Origin: Sporopachydermia quercuum
Lineage: Eukaryota
Assembly (NCBI GenBank): GCA_001599295.1
Contig: BCGN01000005.1
Coordinates: 682,001 to 746,000 of the forward strand
Direction of reading: 5' to 3'
Length of the DNA stretch: 64,000 nt
The notes below the pieces were generated by a model. The model saw only the letters and a list, made by a program, of their open reading frames with translations, did no database searches and was not told where the DNA came from. Below, piece by piece: positions 12,179 through 25,300 of this stretch. Made by a program: the position numbers and the translations under genes. Each line of letters starts with the position of its first letter. The stretch's first letter is position 1.

Positions 12179-13123
12179 ATGTGGAGAAGCTTATGTAGAA
12201 GCAACTCATGGAAGCCTATTGCTTCAAGAACTACGAGAATCGATTTGGCTGCCAAAAGACATATTAGTTCTTCTCCTTATTTGATGGATAACAAAAGCAA
12301 GATCCCTGAAGAAGAGAGGAAAAAGGCACTGGAAACGGAACCATTCCATTTTGACGAAAATAAACCAAGAAAGCCTCTAAAGAGAGTTGCTATTGGTGGT
12401 ACTGGTACTGAGAGCGGAACATATAAAAAATTTCCTGCAATCGAAGTTTTGAGCTGGAAATCTGGTTTACTGTTTTTACTTGTTGGTGGTGGTGCTACTT
12501 GGTTCTTCAATCGTGAAAAGAGAAGATTAGAAGTTCAAAGAGAAGCTGAAGCAAATAGAGGTTATGGTAAACCTTTAATTGGAGGTCTATTCAATCTTAT
12601 TGATGATAATGGACAGCCTTTCACTGAAAAGAATTTATTAGGAAAGTTCTCATTATTATATTTTGGTTTCAGCAGATGTCCTGATATTTGTCCTGATGAG
12701 TTAGATAAGTTGACAATTATTCTTGATCAATTAAAAGCTAAAGGAGTAGAAATCCAACCTATTTTCATAACTTGTGATCCTGCCAGAGATTCACCTGAAG
12801 TTTTGAAAGACTATCTCAGTGATTTTCATAAGGATATCATTGGATTAACAGGTGACTACGAAGAGATTAAAAACGTTTGCAAAAAGTATAGAGTGTACTT
12901 TTCAACTCCCAAGGATGTGAAGCCAGGACAAGATTACTTAGTTGATCACTCTATCTTCTTTTATTTGATGGATCCTGAAGGTGAATTTATTGATGTTTTA
13001 GGACGACAGTATGAAGCAGATGGTGCTGCTGCTAAGATATTGGAACATATTGATGCTTATGTTCCTAAAGCTGAACGTGAAAAACGTGAGCAATCTTGGT
13101 TAGGTAAAGCTTTGGGATTTTAA
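12179..13123 (+). CDS. SCO1: Mitochondrial copper chaperone for cytochrome c oxidase, Sco1
   Basis: Basic presequence, single TM helix, YFGFSRCPDICPDEL (CxxxC) and DYLVDHSIFFYLMDPEG. Confidence 0.96.
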   Translation: MWRSLCRSNSWKPIASRTTRIDLAAKRHISSSPYLMDNKSKIPEEERKKALETEPFHFDENKPRKPLKRVAIGGTGTESGTYKKFPAIEVLSWKSGLLFLLVGGGATWFFNREKRRLEVQREAEANRGYGKPLIGGLFNLIDDNGQPFTEKNLLGKFSLLYFGFSRCPDICPDELDKLTIILDQLKAKGVEIQPIFITCDPARDSPEVLKDYLSDFHKDIIGLTGDYEEIKNVCKKYRVYFSTPKDVKPGQDYLVDHSIFFYLMDPEGEFIDVLGRQYEADGAAAKILEHIDAYVPKAEREKREQSWLGKALGF

Positions 13124-13406
13124 AAGAATGTCTGGTTTAGCCATCTAAAAACTGGAATTAGATTGTTGACTGACTTGTAAATAGTGTAAATAAATTCGAA
13201 TTTTAATGAATTTAAAGTAAGAAACTAAATCTATTGAGTAAATGGCTAAGTATTGTTGAATTTCCGTACCTTCTTAATGCATCAAAGTTTCTTACACTAC
13301 ATAGCCATAATGGTCTCTAACCTGATGTACATTAAACTGTCAAATACAATCTTGAGGGATTGGACATAATTATTAGCTATATAATAAGAATGATCAATCG
13401 CTTGAA

Positions 13407-14921
13407 CTAATTCTTACCAGCACCAGCACGGAAGTAAATGACATCACCATCTTCAACAACATAATCCTTACCCTTCATTTGGAGTTTACCTGCAGCTTTA
13501 ACACTTGCTTCATCCTTATATTGGATCAAATCATCATACTTGGTGACTTGGGCCAAAATAAAAGTATTCATCAAATCAGTGTGAATGACACCGGCAGCTT
13601 GAGGAGCTTTGGTTCCTTTTCTAATAGTCCACTCTCTTACTTCATCAGGACCACTTGTGAAGAAAGAAATAAGATTAAGAGTTTGTCTCATAGCCAGGAT
13701 GATCTTAGGTAAAGCACTTTGAACTCCTAACGTCTTCAATTCTTCTTCTCTTTCTTCGTCACTTTCCATATGAGATAATCGTTCCTCTAAACAAACGGAA
13801 AAAGGAATAATTAAATCACCAGGCGAGTTTTCATCAACCCACTGTTTGATAGAAAGAAGGTGCTTGTTCTTCTTTCTGATATAATCCTTTTCAGATAGAT
13901 TGATCAAGTATATACTTGATTTGGCAGTTAAAAGAAGCATGGAATTGATGACCTCAACTTCTTTAGGAGTCCATGTTTGATTAGCAACTCTCTTGCCACT
14001 TTTCAATAATTCGATAATTTTATTGACAGTTGCAGCTTCTTCCTTCTTGGTCTTGACTTCTAGTGATTGACCACCTCGTTTCACAATCTTTTCAACACCT
14101 TCCAAATGTTTTTCGGCAAATTCGATATCTTTCAATCTCAATTCTTCGTTAATGATTTCCAAATCTCTGACAGGGTTGACATCACCTTCAATATGGATGA
14201 TCTCTGCATCATCGAAACATCTGACAACTTGGAAAATAGCATCGACAGCTCTGATGTTGGACAAAAAAGCATTACCTAAACCTTCACCTTTGGAAGCACC
14301 TTTCGTTAGACCAGCAATATCGAAAACAGTGATATAAGCAGGAACCTTGGATGCTGGCTTGTACATTTCACATAACTTGTCAAATCTTGGTGACGGAACA
14401 ATAACCCTTGCTTCTTCAGGTTCAATAGTTGCAAATGGATAATTTGCTGGCTGAAGTGAATGAAGTTAGTATTATCTTCGATGATTAATTTACTACAATT
14501 TTTTTAACTTTGAAAGTAGTCAAATGGTGTGTCAAATTCAACATGGAAACAAATATCACTTACATTACCTAAAGGACATCTTGTGATAGCTTGGAAAAAG
14601 GTGGATTTACCTACATTGGCTAAACCAACAATACCGGACTATTCATTCGTTAGTAAATGTATCAAAAAAACTCTTTAGCGCTTTCACTACTTGAGTTTAT
14701 CTTTAACTAAGCTGTTTGATTGAACATTATTTTTCTAACAATAAATTGATACATGAGATTATAATAGAATCAGATGTTACTCAATTCATATTCCAGTGAG
14801 AGAGAAGTTCCTTTTCAATTCAATCAAGTATCAATAATCCCACCAATAATCATACCTTTAAATTATTACCTGGTCTTCCTAAAAGGACCTTCTTTTCTTC
14901 AACTTGCTTCTTAGGTGGCAT
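13407..14921 (-). CDS. OLA1: Obg-like ATPase Ola1/YchF, 3 exons
   Basis: Exons 14921-14856 (MPPKKQVEEKKVLLGRPGNNLK), 14638-14564 (SGIVGLANVGKSTFFQAITRCPLGN, P-loop) and 14450-13407 (PANYPFATIEP...). Introns 14855-14639 (GTATGA..TACTAAC..TAG) and 14563-14451 (GTAAGT..ACTAAC..CAG), both phase 0. Confidence 0.96.
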
Positions 14922-15156
14922 TTTGATCAATTCAGTTGTCTAAGTGTCTAGTGTCTTAACAGTTGCTTGATTAAAAATAATACTGGTGGTACTGACTATA
15001 TTCTCCCTTAGCTTCAACCAAAATTATAACAGGTATACCGATCAGAATTTCCTTGCAATTCCCAATCAGCTGGCTACACGATCGTTGATCACACAACTAA
15101 GTCACATAATCAATAATACAGATATCGTCCTGTTCATATTTTGTCTGATCCATGCT

Positions 15157-15190
15157 GCTCATCCTTCTATTTTCACTATTTGATTTTTCA
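15157..15190. promoter_or_regulatory. PAC and RRPE-like elements upstream of OLA1
   Basis: GCTCATC at 15157-15163 and TTTTTCA at 15184-15190. Another GATGAG at 15443-15448 lies near TGAATTTTT. These are typical ribosome-biogenesis regulon motifs. Confidence 0.4.
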
Positions 15191-15898
15191 TAATGTCAAT
15201 AGCAACAGCGTAATTAGCATCCTGTTTTGGTATTTTTCATACTGTGGATTGCTTGCCTTGTAAATTGAGACGTTATGTTGGAATAATAAATTACGGAAAT
15301 GATAAGAAGAATCAAATATGGCTTGAAACATATCGGAAATTATCTTACTTAAAAGGGAGAGGTGAGGTGAATGAAGAGATAAATGGATTAAAGGGAAAGA
15401 CAATTAACAAGGAGGTTCTTTTGAACCTGAATTAAGTATAATGATGAGTGTTTAGACTGTTGCTTTTTTGTCGTGAATTTTTGTGAAATGGCCAAGAACT
15501 ATATGCGTATGTATGGAAAGAAAAGAACAAGAATGTCCTGAAAGGTAATTGCTAAATCAATGTTGAACTTCAAGTTGTCCATAAATAGTTATGCGTATGC
15601 ATATTGTCAACTATTTGATTCAATACCGAACTGCTTATGTGGTGATAATGAACCTGCTTCGTAGTATTCAGACTTGTAGTCAAAGTTGAGCGTTGTTCTC
15701 CCCGCTAAACTTTCAAATCAACTATATGGAACGTCATCTTTCCTGAATATCTGCATAATGCATTGGTAAACCTTTTTGCTAAAATGCTACTCAAGGTATA
15801 TTATTTTACGTTCTTATTAAGCGTCATAATGTTGACTTCTAATTGAGATGCTTACACTACCAATTTTTCTTATTTATTGGCTTTTATCTGCTTTTATC

Positions 15899-16999
15899 CT
15901 AACCGGCCTTCTCTAACCAATCGCCAAACTCGTTCAGTCTTTCTTCTTCAGTTTTTCCTCCGGCGGCATCGTCTTTCGTCATTAAATTTTTCTTCCTATA
16001 TCTCACATTCCCACTATACAACAATGCCTCAAGCTGGTGTCCGTCAAAATATCTCCCATTCATTGCTTGTACACATCTAATGGCATCTTCCTTCTTTGCA
16101 AATTTCACACTAGCTATACCTTCTGGCTCAAGATCATAAATGACAACTTTACTCACTGGTCCAATTTCTTCACATCCTTCTAAAATGTCTAATTTTATAT
16201 CTTCCTCAAGCTCTGGGTCATCAGAAAGGTCGTCCTTGTTGAACATGTGCTTCAAAATAACCACTTTTTCCCATCGCTTTGGCACTTCTTTGATTTCTTC
16301 TTCATCGTCATCCCATTCTTCTAACTTCTTGTTCAGTTTGGTATATCTTTTTTGCAGTTTCTTTTTTTCTGCCTCGTTCAAGCTTTTAACCTCCCGCGAG
16401 TTTTTATCGTTTCTGGTATTGAACTCGGCTTTTTGAACTGAGATTGGTCGAGAATCACCATCGCGTATGGATACACCATCCATCATATTTATTGCCAGAA
16501 CAACGCTTTCCTCTTTGAAATAAACTATCAAAGCGTCACCTTTGTTTTCTCCATTTGCATCTTTATATAGTTTTATTTTCTTTCTACCAGCGATGAGGTC
16601 TTCAGTTATCACTCCATACTGACTAAATATGCTGTCCAACTCTTCCTCCGTAATGTCATTCGGTAGATTGGCAATATAAATAGCTGAGTTTCTGGGTTTT
16701 TTAGCTGAGGGCTCTGATTTTTTACTTGGCTCGTTTTTCCTTTTACTTTTCAGGCATTGTTCATCATTCTGTGGTTTTGCTCCTTCTTCGGTAGTTTTCT
16801 CCGCAAATCGTGTATGGTATATCTCTTGCTGCTTTCTTACATCTTCCTCGTCTATCACTGGTAGCCATTGTTTGACAGACTCTATAAATTCAAACTCTTC
16901 ACCTGTTTCTGAATTTTCAAATAACCATTTGCCAGTTATTAGGCTTACATAAAATCGTTGATCTTTCTCTATTTCTTCAATCGATGTAGGAAGATCCAT
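15899..16999 (-). CDS. CUS2: U2 snRNP-associated RRM/UHM protein Cus2 (Tat-SF1/HTATSF1 family)
   Basis: First ATG at 16999. RRM1 (NSAIYIANLP..KIKLYKD..KGDALIVYFKEESVVLA) and a UHM-type second domain (VVILKHMF..MNGRYFDG). Confidence 0.9.
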   Translation of the reverse strand: MDLPTSIEEIEKDQRFYVSLITGKWLFENSETGEEFEFIESVKQWLPVIDEEDVRKQQEIYHTRFAEKTTEEGAKPQNDEQCLKSKRKNEPSKKSEPSAKKPRNSAIYIANLPNDITEEELDSIFSQYGVITEDLIAGRKKIKLYKDANGENKGDALIVYFKEESVVLAINMMDGVSIRDGDSRPISVQKAEFNTRNDKNSREVKSLNEAEKKKLQKRYTKLNKKLEEWDDDEEEIKEVPKRWEKVVILKHMFNKDDLSDDPELEEDIKLDILEGCEEIGPVSKVVIYDLEPEGIASVKFAKKEDAIRCVQAMNGRYFDGHQLEALLYSGNVRYRKKNLMTKDDAAGGKTEEERLNEFGDWLEKAG

Positions 17000-17563
17000 T
17001 GTATACAATCAAACCTCCAAGGAGTGATTCTTTCTCTTGTTGCAATGATTCAATTCAACTGACAGCAAATATGATGTTTACTTTAACTAACTTAACCAGA
17101 ACTCGATATCCTATATATTATTATTAATTAAACCAGTTGATTAAAAAAGTAGTTGCAAATGTAATTGATTGTCCTCTGATATCCCTATAGCAATTGATTC
17201 TTATCCATTGTTGATTAGGTGATGGAAAATAGGTGGAGGAGAAAAATTAGCACTATTAAGTGGTTATGTAATCAATAAAAAGATGAATAGCGGAAATTTC
17301 TTACTACTTTAAACCAGACAGTAAGGAAGAACAATTAGTGATATTAGAACCCATTTGCAGGAAAGAATAAAAACTTTGAATGAGATGGTAATTCATGGAG
17401 GGTATAAAATATAATCTACAACAGGAAACATGTGTGACTAGTTATACAATAACAATCTTATTGAATATATACCCTTTCAGTTATCTCTTACAAAACAACT
17501 TTTGCAATGAACTCCTTCCATAACCACACACACACACATCACCAATTTTGATTCGAAGCCTTC

Positions 17564-20320
17564 TTATGCAAGGCATTCTGCAACTGCTTCAGCAATTTCA
17601 GCATCTGGCGATCTAACTGTCAAACGCAAAGTAACACCGTTCTTGGAAGAAAAGGCCATTTGAACTAAAGCTGCAACTCGTTCACCTGATAGAGTTTTAC
17701 CAAATAATTTCAGCTTATGGCTGGAAGCAGATGATGGAATTTGAGTTCCATCTAATGGGCTCATGGATAATAAATCCACAATTTGAGTTATACCTTCAGC
17801 AATTGATTCTAATGATGGTAAATTATACGTTTCAACGGCTTCCTTTGCTCCAGCTAGTTCATCCCAAGTGTAATCAAAATTGCCAATAAATGAAGAATTG
17901 ATGAAATCTCCTGGAGTGATATCAAAATCTTCAACCTGGTATTCATCCTCATATCCTTCTCCTTCAGGTTCGTTTGTTGAAGGATCAATTTCTCTAGATG
18001 TATAGGTCATCACATTACTGAAAGATCCAAGAGAGTATCCTTCTGGTTTCTTGAAAGATACGTAAACAATTCCTGACTCGCTAGGTGATAAGATATCTAT
18101 GGGAATGATAAATTCTTCAGTGTAATCATCTGCTTGGGGACCTGAGACAACTGAGACATCGCCTAGTACGGTATCTTCCAATGTGTTTAGTATGTTGAAT
18201 TGTAGTACTAGATGATCTTCAAAGATATGTTTGACAACACTAACAACAAATTCAGTCTCCTTCTCTGTTAACTCAACAGGATTAGATGAATGTAAGATTT
18301 TTCCGTAATCATCGAATTGAGAAATTGAGGCAATTTCGTTTGCATATTGTTGTTGGGCCAAGTTATGTTTAACAGATTGTTCCAGTAACGTATTTGTAGC
18401 TCTATCACTATCTCTAGCAGGTTTATCTTCCACTTCAGTAGATTTGATTTTAGATTGGAACTTTTGAAGTTTAGCTTCTTCACTTGTAATCAAAGGAACT
18501 TCATGGATATCAAATGGTTCAACAAAGCTGGCTTTATCACCAGAAACATAAATTGCCAGTTTATGTTCAAGAATAGGTAAAGAGTATTTGGCTTCAGGAG
18601 TAAGGAATCGTTTGGCGTCAGTCTTGTCCCCATCTGAGATCAGGGATAGACACAATGAAGCTCTATCTCTTACTTCATCATCCTCGTCATCTAAACATCT
18701 CTTCAACAAGGTGATAACGGAAGTCTCAATTGATTTATTGCCAAAAAGCGCGAATTTAGAAAGGGCAATAACTGCAGCCGATCTAACAATGGCATTTTCC
18801 AATACAACACGATTGTAGATATGTCTGATATATAATGTGGGTTTTGTTGTGTTTGGGCCTTCATCGCCTAACAAGTGCAATACTCTTACAGCTAGTTCAG
18901 TGTACTCACAGTCTTCAATGAATTCACATAAATGACCCAGTGCTTTGTCTCGCGAATCAGGAACATACTTAATCATATCAAATAAGGACTCAACAACAGC
19001 ATTCTTGAAATTATAGCCACCTTCGTTTCTCAAAGCACTTGAAAAGAAGTTCAACATGAGAGCGTGTTTAGCAGGGAATTTAAGAGCTAGTGCTCTAATG
19101 GCATCCACGACAATAATCTTGAATTCATCTGAGATATCATTCATGAATCCAGATATTTGTTTCATTAATCTATCAACACTAGCTTCATTACCTGTTTTGA
19201 GTAAAGTAGTAATAGCGTAAGTGGAGATTGATCGGTTTGAATCGTTAATTAAACTTTCTAAATCAATATTGCAGATTGCAACTTCCTGGGGGTGGTTCAT
19301 AGCAAATTTGTTGAGCATTCTAACAGCTGAAAACCGGGAAACTGTTCTTGGTGATGATAAGAACAGTTTAAGCAAATCAATAGCTTGTGCAATATGTTCA
19401 GGGTTCAAGTGCTTGAGCTCCAATAAAGATTTTGCTGCTTCAAGGTTAACCATGTCAGACTTATGCTTAAGGTAGAACAATAAGTAAGGTATTAATCTTG
19501 GAGCTAAACTTGGATCCTCATTGATTATGTTTGCAACGAATCTGATTAAAAGAACAATTGCATTGGAACACATCAGCTTGGTTCTAGTTGGTAATAAAGA
19601 GAAATCGCTACCAGAAGATGCTTCAAAACATTGTTGGATCATTTTCATCAAAGCCATTTTATCGTGGTTTCGTATCACATACAACAAGCCTAAAGCATGA
19701 TACTGTGTCATTGAAGTAGATGCTAATTTGTATGAGGAGTTAGCTAAATGGGCTGGGAATGGTTTATACAACAAAACATTTTCCTGAATTTCGTTACCCC
19801 ATCTTCTAACAATATCTTTTGCAATAGGAACTAAATGATAAGAGGATACTAATGCAGCAGATGAAATACTAGGATACTTATCTACAATGCAGTTTTTCAT
19901 CAATCTTTCAATACCATGAACAGTAGATGCATCAATAACCCTTGACAGTGTACGAATAGCGTTTGGTTTGTAAATAATCTCACTGGAAATCTGAATATCT
20001 CTCATGATCGACGATGTCACCATTAAAACATCTTGGGCTGTTCCTGAAAGTTCTTTAATAGCCAAATATACCATTTGTCTTAATCCATTGTCCTTATGTT
20101 GGAAAAGCTTGGAAATACTGAAAAACAAAGTGGTTGATTCAGATGGAGGGAACACCTCACCGATATCCAACAAATGTAGCAACTTCGCCAACAAAATCCG
20201 ACATCTTTTTGCTTGAACAGGAACTGCATTGAACCCTGATAAACAGTCTTGAAAGACGGTCATCTTGTCCAAAGAGCCCGACTCGATGTCCTCATTCTTC
20301 TTATAAGTAAGCGCTGACAT
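17564..20320 (-). CDS. SEC21: Coatomer (COPI) gamma subunit
   Basis: 918 aa with LFFSISKLFQ, ISTYAITTLLKTGNEASVDRLMKQI, LCEFIEDCEY, IYNRVVLENAIVRSAAV and LTEKETEFVVSVVKHIF. Confidence 0.97.
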   Translation of the reverse strand: MSALTYKKNEDIESGSLDKMTVFQDCLSGFNAVPVQAKRCRILLAKLLHLLDIGEVFPPSESTTLFFSISKLFQHKDNGLRQMVYLAIKELSGTAQDVLMVTSSIMRDIQISSEIIYKPNAIRTLSRVIDASTVHGIERLMKNCIVDKYPSISSAALVSSYHLVPIAKDIVRRWGNEIQENVLLYKPFPAHLANSSYKLASTSMTQYHALGLLYVIRNHDKMALMKMIQQCFEASSGSDFSLLPTRTKLMCSNAIVLLIRFVANIINEDPSLAPRLIPYLLFYLKHKSDMVNLEAAKSLLELKHLNPEHIAQAIDLLKLFLSSPRTVSRFSAVRMLNKFAMNHPQEVAICNIDLESLINDSNRSISTYAITTLLKTGNEASVDRLMKQISGFMNDISDEFKIIVVDAIRALALKFPAKHALMLNFFSSALRNEGGYNFKNAVVESLFDMIKYVPDSRDKALGHLCEFIEDCEYTELAVRVLHLLGDEGPNTTKPTLYIRHIYNRVVLENAIVRSAAVIALSKFALFGNKSIETSVITLLKRCLDDEDDEVRDRASLCLSLISDGDKTDAKRFLTPEAKYSLPILEHKLAIYVSGDKASFVEPFDIHEVPLITSEEAKLQKFQSKIKSTEVEDKPARDSDRATNTLLEQSVKHNLAQQQYANEIASISQFDDYGKILHSSNPVELTEKETEFVVSVVKHIFEDHLVLQFNILNTLEDTVLGDVSVVSGPQADDYTEEFIIPIDILSPSESGIVYVSFKKPEGYSLGSFSNVMTYTSREIDPSTNEPEGEGYEDEYQVEDFDITPGDFINSSFIGNFDYTWDELAGAKEAVETYNLPSLESIAEGITQIVDLLSMSPLDGTQIPSSASSHKLKLFGKTLSGERVAALVQMAFSSKNGVTLRLTVRSPDAEIAEAVAECLA

Positions 20321-20779
20321 CTTGATAACAAACTCAAGTCTTCGTCGAATTAATCAAGTAATTAAACAATCTGCTAATCAATCAAAGGACAGTTTACCAC
20401 TTCAGCACTTTTAGTTGAAATTCCATTAAATGGCCTTTTGTTCTTGATTGAAGATTCTATTCACCAATCAAATACTCGAACCATGAATGTCGCTGTGTAT
20501 TGATGATCCCCTGTTTCTTCACCAAACAAGTTAGTTGAAAAAGCCTCCTTACTGAATTCTTATCTTTTTCAGTATTATACAGGAATTTCTACTAGTACAC
20601 CAACATTTGCTGATTTCTATCCTCTGATAGATTCCTTATAAGTGCTTCAACCGTACCGTGTTAACACTTCCATCTCACTACAAATCAATTGCTATGAGGT
20701 ATCCACTACAACGGGACCGACACACAGACATACAGAACGCGACACATACAGAGAATTGAACAACGAGACGGTAATTTGT

Positions 20780-20787
20780 CCGGGTAA
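20780..20787. promoter_or_regulatory. Reb1-type site upstream of SEC21
   Basis: Exact CCGGGTAA about 460 bp upstream of the SEC21 ATG. Confidence 0.5.
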
Positions 20788-21194
20788 CAGGGGGTTATGG
20801 TAGACTTCCACTGCTTTGTAATGTTCTGAGTTTTTGGGGGGTATATGAGTGATTATTTAAGATGAGTTTCTGGAGGTGGGAGTTCGCGAGACCAGAAATT
20901 TAAGAAGAGAAGTGAAACCGAAGTGAAAATATATTAGTAGAGTGAGTATTCAACAGAAATACAACGTATTAATACAGGTTTGACTTAAATCAAGATAGTT
21001 ATATATCTTCTTCCAACGATAACAATAAGTCACTGTCCGGATTGGAACCAAGATTGTATATAGGTAAAGATGAATATATGTATAATAAGAGAATAAAGTC
21101 ATCACGGTATCATAGTTGGTATGAAAATCATAAATACAGGCTGTAACAGTAAGGTTGAAGAGAATTTACCGATGGGAATTCACGTAATTCAAAG

Positions 21195-22388
21195 CTAACC
21201 TTCAGACAAATGTACTAAAAGTTGAGCTAAACATCTTCTTGTAGCTTCATCATCTCGTAATACAGCACTGAAAGTTCCATCGCGTAAAGGTTCTGGTAAG
21301 TACTGACGTAAAGCCTTTCGGGCCTCCACATTATCACTAAGTCTTAGGTAACATCTAACCACATGTTTCAACAATCTAGCTGTTTGTTGAGATACCAGTT
21401 GTTTAACCATATTGGATAATACATTAGCAACTGCGGAAAATCTTTCATATGTTTGGCATACATAGCTGAGTCCAGCGTCGTCCATTAAAACTTTTTGAAC
21501 AATGAAAATAGCAACTGTTTTGGATAATTCTGAACTCGATTCCATTATTCTAAGACATAAGGGGATAATTTCTGTAGTTAGCAAGAAGTTGATTACTTCT
21601 GGAGAGTCATTCTTCACCAATGCTCCAATCACCCCTAAAGATGTCAATCGCAAATACTCAAAAGGACGCGATTTCGAATTGGTATTCAAGAAGGGATACA
21701 AAAATAAAGGCATATATGCGCTTAAAAATAATCCTCTGGTTTCATTATGTGAGGCCACGCATTGCATCAGAGCTAAAGCATTGCATACTCGATTGCTGGC
21801 TGAAGAGCTAAGATTTGGTGGACTCAGATACGGATAAACACTGATGATTTCCTCCACTAAAGCAGTCATTACACCAAAAGAGTGCCATAAAATTAATGCT
21901 AAGTCGTCGTATTGTTCGCGCTTTTTTCCTAATTCTAATAAAGCTTGTTCTCTGTTAGGACCATAAGCGAGCTCAACAATCCATGCATATACTTTTTCAT
22001 CATCCAGAGACTTGGTTCCTGTAGGTAGGTTTGAGCCTTGATTGGAAATGTTAGCTGAATTAGCAATAGATGTTGGCATCTGTATAGGAGTATTTCCCTT
22101 ATTTGGAACAGGCAAGCTACCAGGAGGCATTTGGTTTGATCGTTGCATTTGGCTCAATGGTTTCCCGCTGTTCATCATTACATTCCCTGTCATTTTAGGA
22201 GGTGCTGTGAATTGAGGTCCCTGTAATCCTGGTCCTTGAGGTCCTTGAGGTCCTTGTGATGATTGAACCGGTGGCATCATTGATCCTGGTGTATTTTGTA
22301 AAGGCATTGGCCCTGCCCCGGGTTGTCCAAAGTTATTGAGCATCTGAGGCCTTGGGATGTTCTGTTGAAATGGTTCATTGTGATACAT
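21195..22388 (-). CDS. CAF40: CCR4-NOT subunit Caf40/Rcd1/Not9
   Basis: [55 protein letters not shown] and [20 protein letters not shown]-rich N-terminal extension including (QGP)n. Confidence 0.97.
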   Translation of the reverse strand: MYHNEPFQQNIPRPQMLNNFGQPGAGPMPLQNTPGSMMPPVQSSQGPQGPQGPGLQGPQFTAPPKMTGNVMMNSGKPLSQMQRSNQMPPGSLPVPNKGNTPIQMPTSIANSANISNQGSNLPTGTKSLDDEKVYAWIVELAYGPNREQALLELGKKREQYDDLALILWHSFGVMTALVEEIISVYPYLSPPNLSSSASNRVCNALALMQCVASHNETRGLFLSAYMPLFLYPFLNTNSKSRPFEYLRLTSLGVIGALVKNDSPEVINFLLTTEIIPLCLRIMESSSELSKTVAIFIVQKVLMDDAGLSYVCQTYERFSAVANVLSNMVKQLVSQQTARLLKHVVRCYLRLSDNVEARKALRQYLPEPLRDGTFSAVLRDDEATRRCLAQLLVHLSEG

Positions 22389-25300
22389 CTTGTCTCAAAT
22401 GCCTATTTCTAATCTCCTTCAACGCTCCCATTGGCATACCCCTTTGAAATTAAGTATTCAAAAAGATTGCGCTCTCTTTCTCGTTCTTTCCTCCAGAATT
22501 TATTGATCTGTGGAGTCACCTAGCTTCACTTTCTTTGTTTCAGCAAACTTCCGTTTTGGTCTAGACTTGNATTATTTTGAAATCTCCACTTGCTAACTTA
22601 GAATAAAAACAGTTACTCACTTTAATATCAATTTGACTAGTCTGTAATTACAAATGCGAATGTTATAGATCTACAACTCCCTTTTGTGTTGTTGACTATT
22701 CATTACAGATAAATGATAATCCGACACATACTTAGACTCAGCCAATACACTGTATAAATTACCTAGCCCAAACTGAAGTTATATAGTGATGTCGTTTACA
22801 CCCAAAGCTAGCTGGAGCGCATTGTTCCACGTGACTTGAGTTGAGACTTGGTGTGAGTGGCATTTAAAGATGACAATATCAATACCACAGAGGAAATGAT
22901 GGGGAAAAGATAAGGGTGTGGAGAGAAAGTCTAATTATCACATTACTCTTTTCTCTGCGGAATCGTATACTTCCCAAAATGGAAACTATTTGTTATCTTA
23001 ATAGAAAACTGACTCGTGTGATCAGATCCGGAGATGAGAAAGGAAAGGGAAGTCGGAAGGTAAATTTTCAAAAAGACAGAGAGCGGTTATTCTAGTGGCA
23101 TTGGAAACAATTGTTTTATTGAATTTGTTTTATTTCGATTTAATAAAGTGAAAATCAGAAGGTGCAACTGAAACTAGAGCTAGGAGACTACTGGGAAGCT
23201 GCTCAAAAAAAGTTCACAATCAATCAATTCTTGAGCAGGAAATAGTAACTATTTCGTTGAATCTCTTTAAAGAGTAGTAACTTTGAAAAGCCGTCAAAAA
23301 AGTATATAAATTATCGTAGGATTTGTTGATTTCTGTATCACAACAACTAGGTTTGTAAGCAGGTTTGTTCTGTGTAACCAGAGCATTTATTCTCCGTCGC
23401 GATTATTATTTTGCTTCCATTAGTAGCGTTTTGTATGGCTCAGTAAAAATGAACTAGTAGCTCAAAAGCTATTGTTGAAAGAATTTTACGAATTAGTATA
23501 TTCATAAATTAACTAAATCCCAAGCTCACACATTTAAAAGTCATCATTGTTTTAGTAAAATCTGAACATAGCAAACAAAATTGGAAAACATTACATCACA
23601 ATATGAGCTTTACCAATTGCAAATTTCCGTTAGTTAATATGAGATCTGAGATCAAATAATGGAAATTATCACCTTTCTGAACAGTATTTTGAAAATAAAT
23701 CATAGAAGAGTAAGAAATTGAAATAAAAATTCAACGTTGGTTATAAATTATGAAGCACTTTTTCAACACGTCCATTAAAGTTAGCCGTTGGGCTAACTTT
23801 TAGGCTTAGAATTAAGGTTCACCTTCCTTGCTTGGCGATACCTTCCATTGAACATCATTTTCCGTATGGGGAAATCCAATCTGCAGACCAAGAAAACGTG
23901 TTATTCCTATTGCTTTATCAAAACCTCCTGTCGAATTTCCTACTCAAGTTGTAAGGCTGAGGCTGCACACGAGTAAAATACTCCGCACACGTGAAAGTAT
24001 TTTTCAATAGAATTTCCGCCTTACACCCTGACAGGTCTATCTGTAGTGAGCCTCGTACCCTTACAACTATCTATTGCATAACGATCGGTTTGGTCATTAT
24101 GGCTGTCAAGCAGAAAGTCAAATTTTCACCTAGAGATCTTTGGCTGATAATTTTAGAAATAATAAACAGTACAGACATTATTCTTTTTATGCACAGTTTC
24201 AATTATAATCCTAAGTTTGGCGATATCCTGTTCTTTGAAGCATAAGACTAAGTTGTTTAACAAATTCTCAGGTCGTTCGACCATTATCCGAAAGATCAAT
24301 CGTGCTACTTTTTTAAAAACCTCTGAAAATTAACTGTAAGATAGTCAAACTAATTAAGAAGATTATTACAAAACTAATGATCAATGACCACTACTGTGAT
24401 TTATTGTCTTCTAAGTTATAAATTGTGAATATCAATGGGACTGATACGATTGTTACCAGATACTCTCATTCTTCTACATTTTGGTTACGCCAAGCCCACA
24501 TGCGAGCTAGCGATTCGCCTTGGAAATCTTATCTTGCATACCTTACACCGATAAATATAACTACACAGAACAGGAACTGCAATTTCAAATTTCAACAGTG
24601 AATAACTATAGTTTAATAAAGATCTACTGTAGTAAAATACAGGGACTCAAATAGCGTTTTCACTAAATCATGCAGAAAAGTTAAATTGCCTTATTAGGAT
24701 CTTGGCAAAATATATTGTTTGAATCCAGTCCACAGTATTTGAACTTTATATTCTTATGTTGCAATACTTGTACTTAACCAAAACAATGGACCTCAGAGTC
24801 CATTGAATTGATTCTTCATAATGCTCGGTCTACCATGTACTTTTCGTAAGTTATGAAGTAGAATTGAAAACCAAAGAAAATTCTGAGTAATCAAAAATAA
24901 GCTTTTAGAGGAAGCTTAAATAATCAATCGAAAAAACGAAAACGAAAAGGAAAAAGAGAAAAAAAGTGATCTCACCGTATAGGGAAGGATTTGGTTCTAT
25001 ATTCATCAAAAAATTTGGCACATTGCTGAAATTTATTGTTCAGCTAACTGTTTAACGATATTTGAAAGCAGATCTATTTTGGATTCGATATTTTTAATAT
25101 AATCCAATCATTGTAAAGTTTTGAGTGAATTGAGGATCAAAAAATATAATAGAGATCAGTAGTTCTAATGAACCAACGGCTGACTCTCATCATAGCGCGG
25201 ATCTGAAGCATAATGTATCTTATTCTCTACTATACTTATACGAAATCTATTAACAATTAGACATATGTTGTTTTTGTGTCACCGGTAATCCTTAACTATC

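Noticed and set aside
20511..20749. Possible SEC21 5'-UTR intron (GTATGT at 20733/20749, AACTAAC, CAG at 20511)
   Set aside because: The donors lie only 30-50 bp from the Reb1 site, leaving little room for a first exon. Unsupported without RNA data.
23777..23800. Perfect 10-bp hairpin AAAGTTAGCC-GTTG-GGCTAACTTT, and an 8-bp one at 24784-24805
   Set aside because: About one such stem is expected by chance in 64 kb of AT-rich DNA. No target-site duplication or MITE context.
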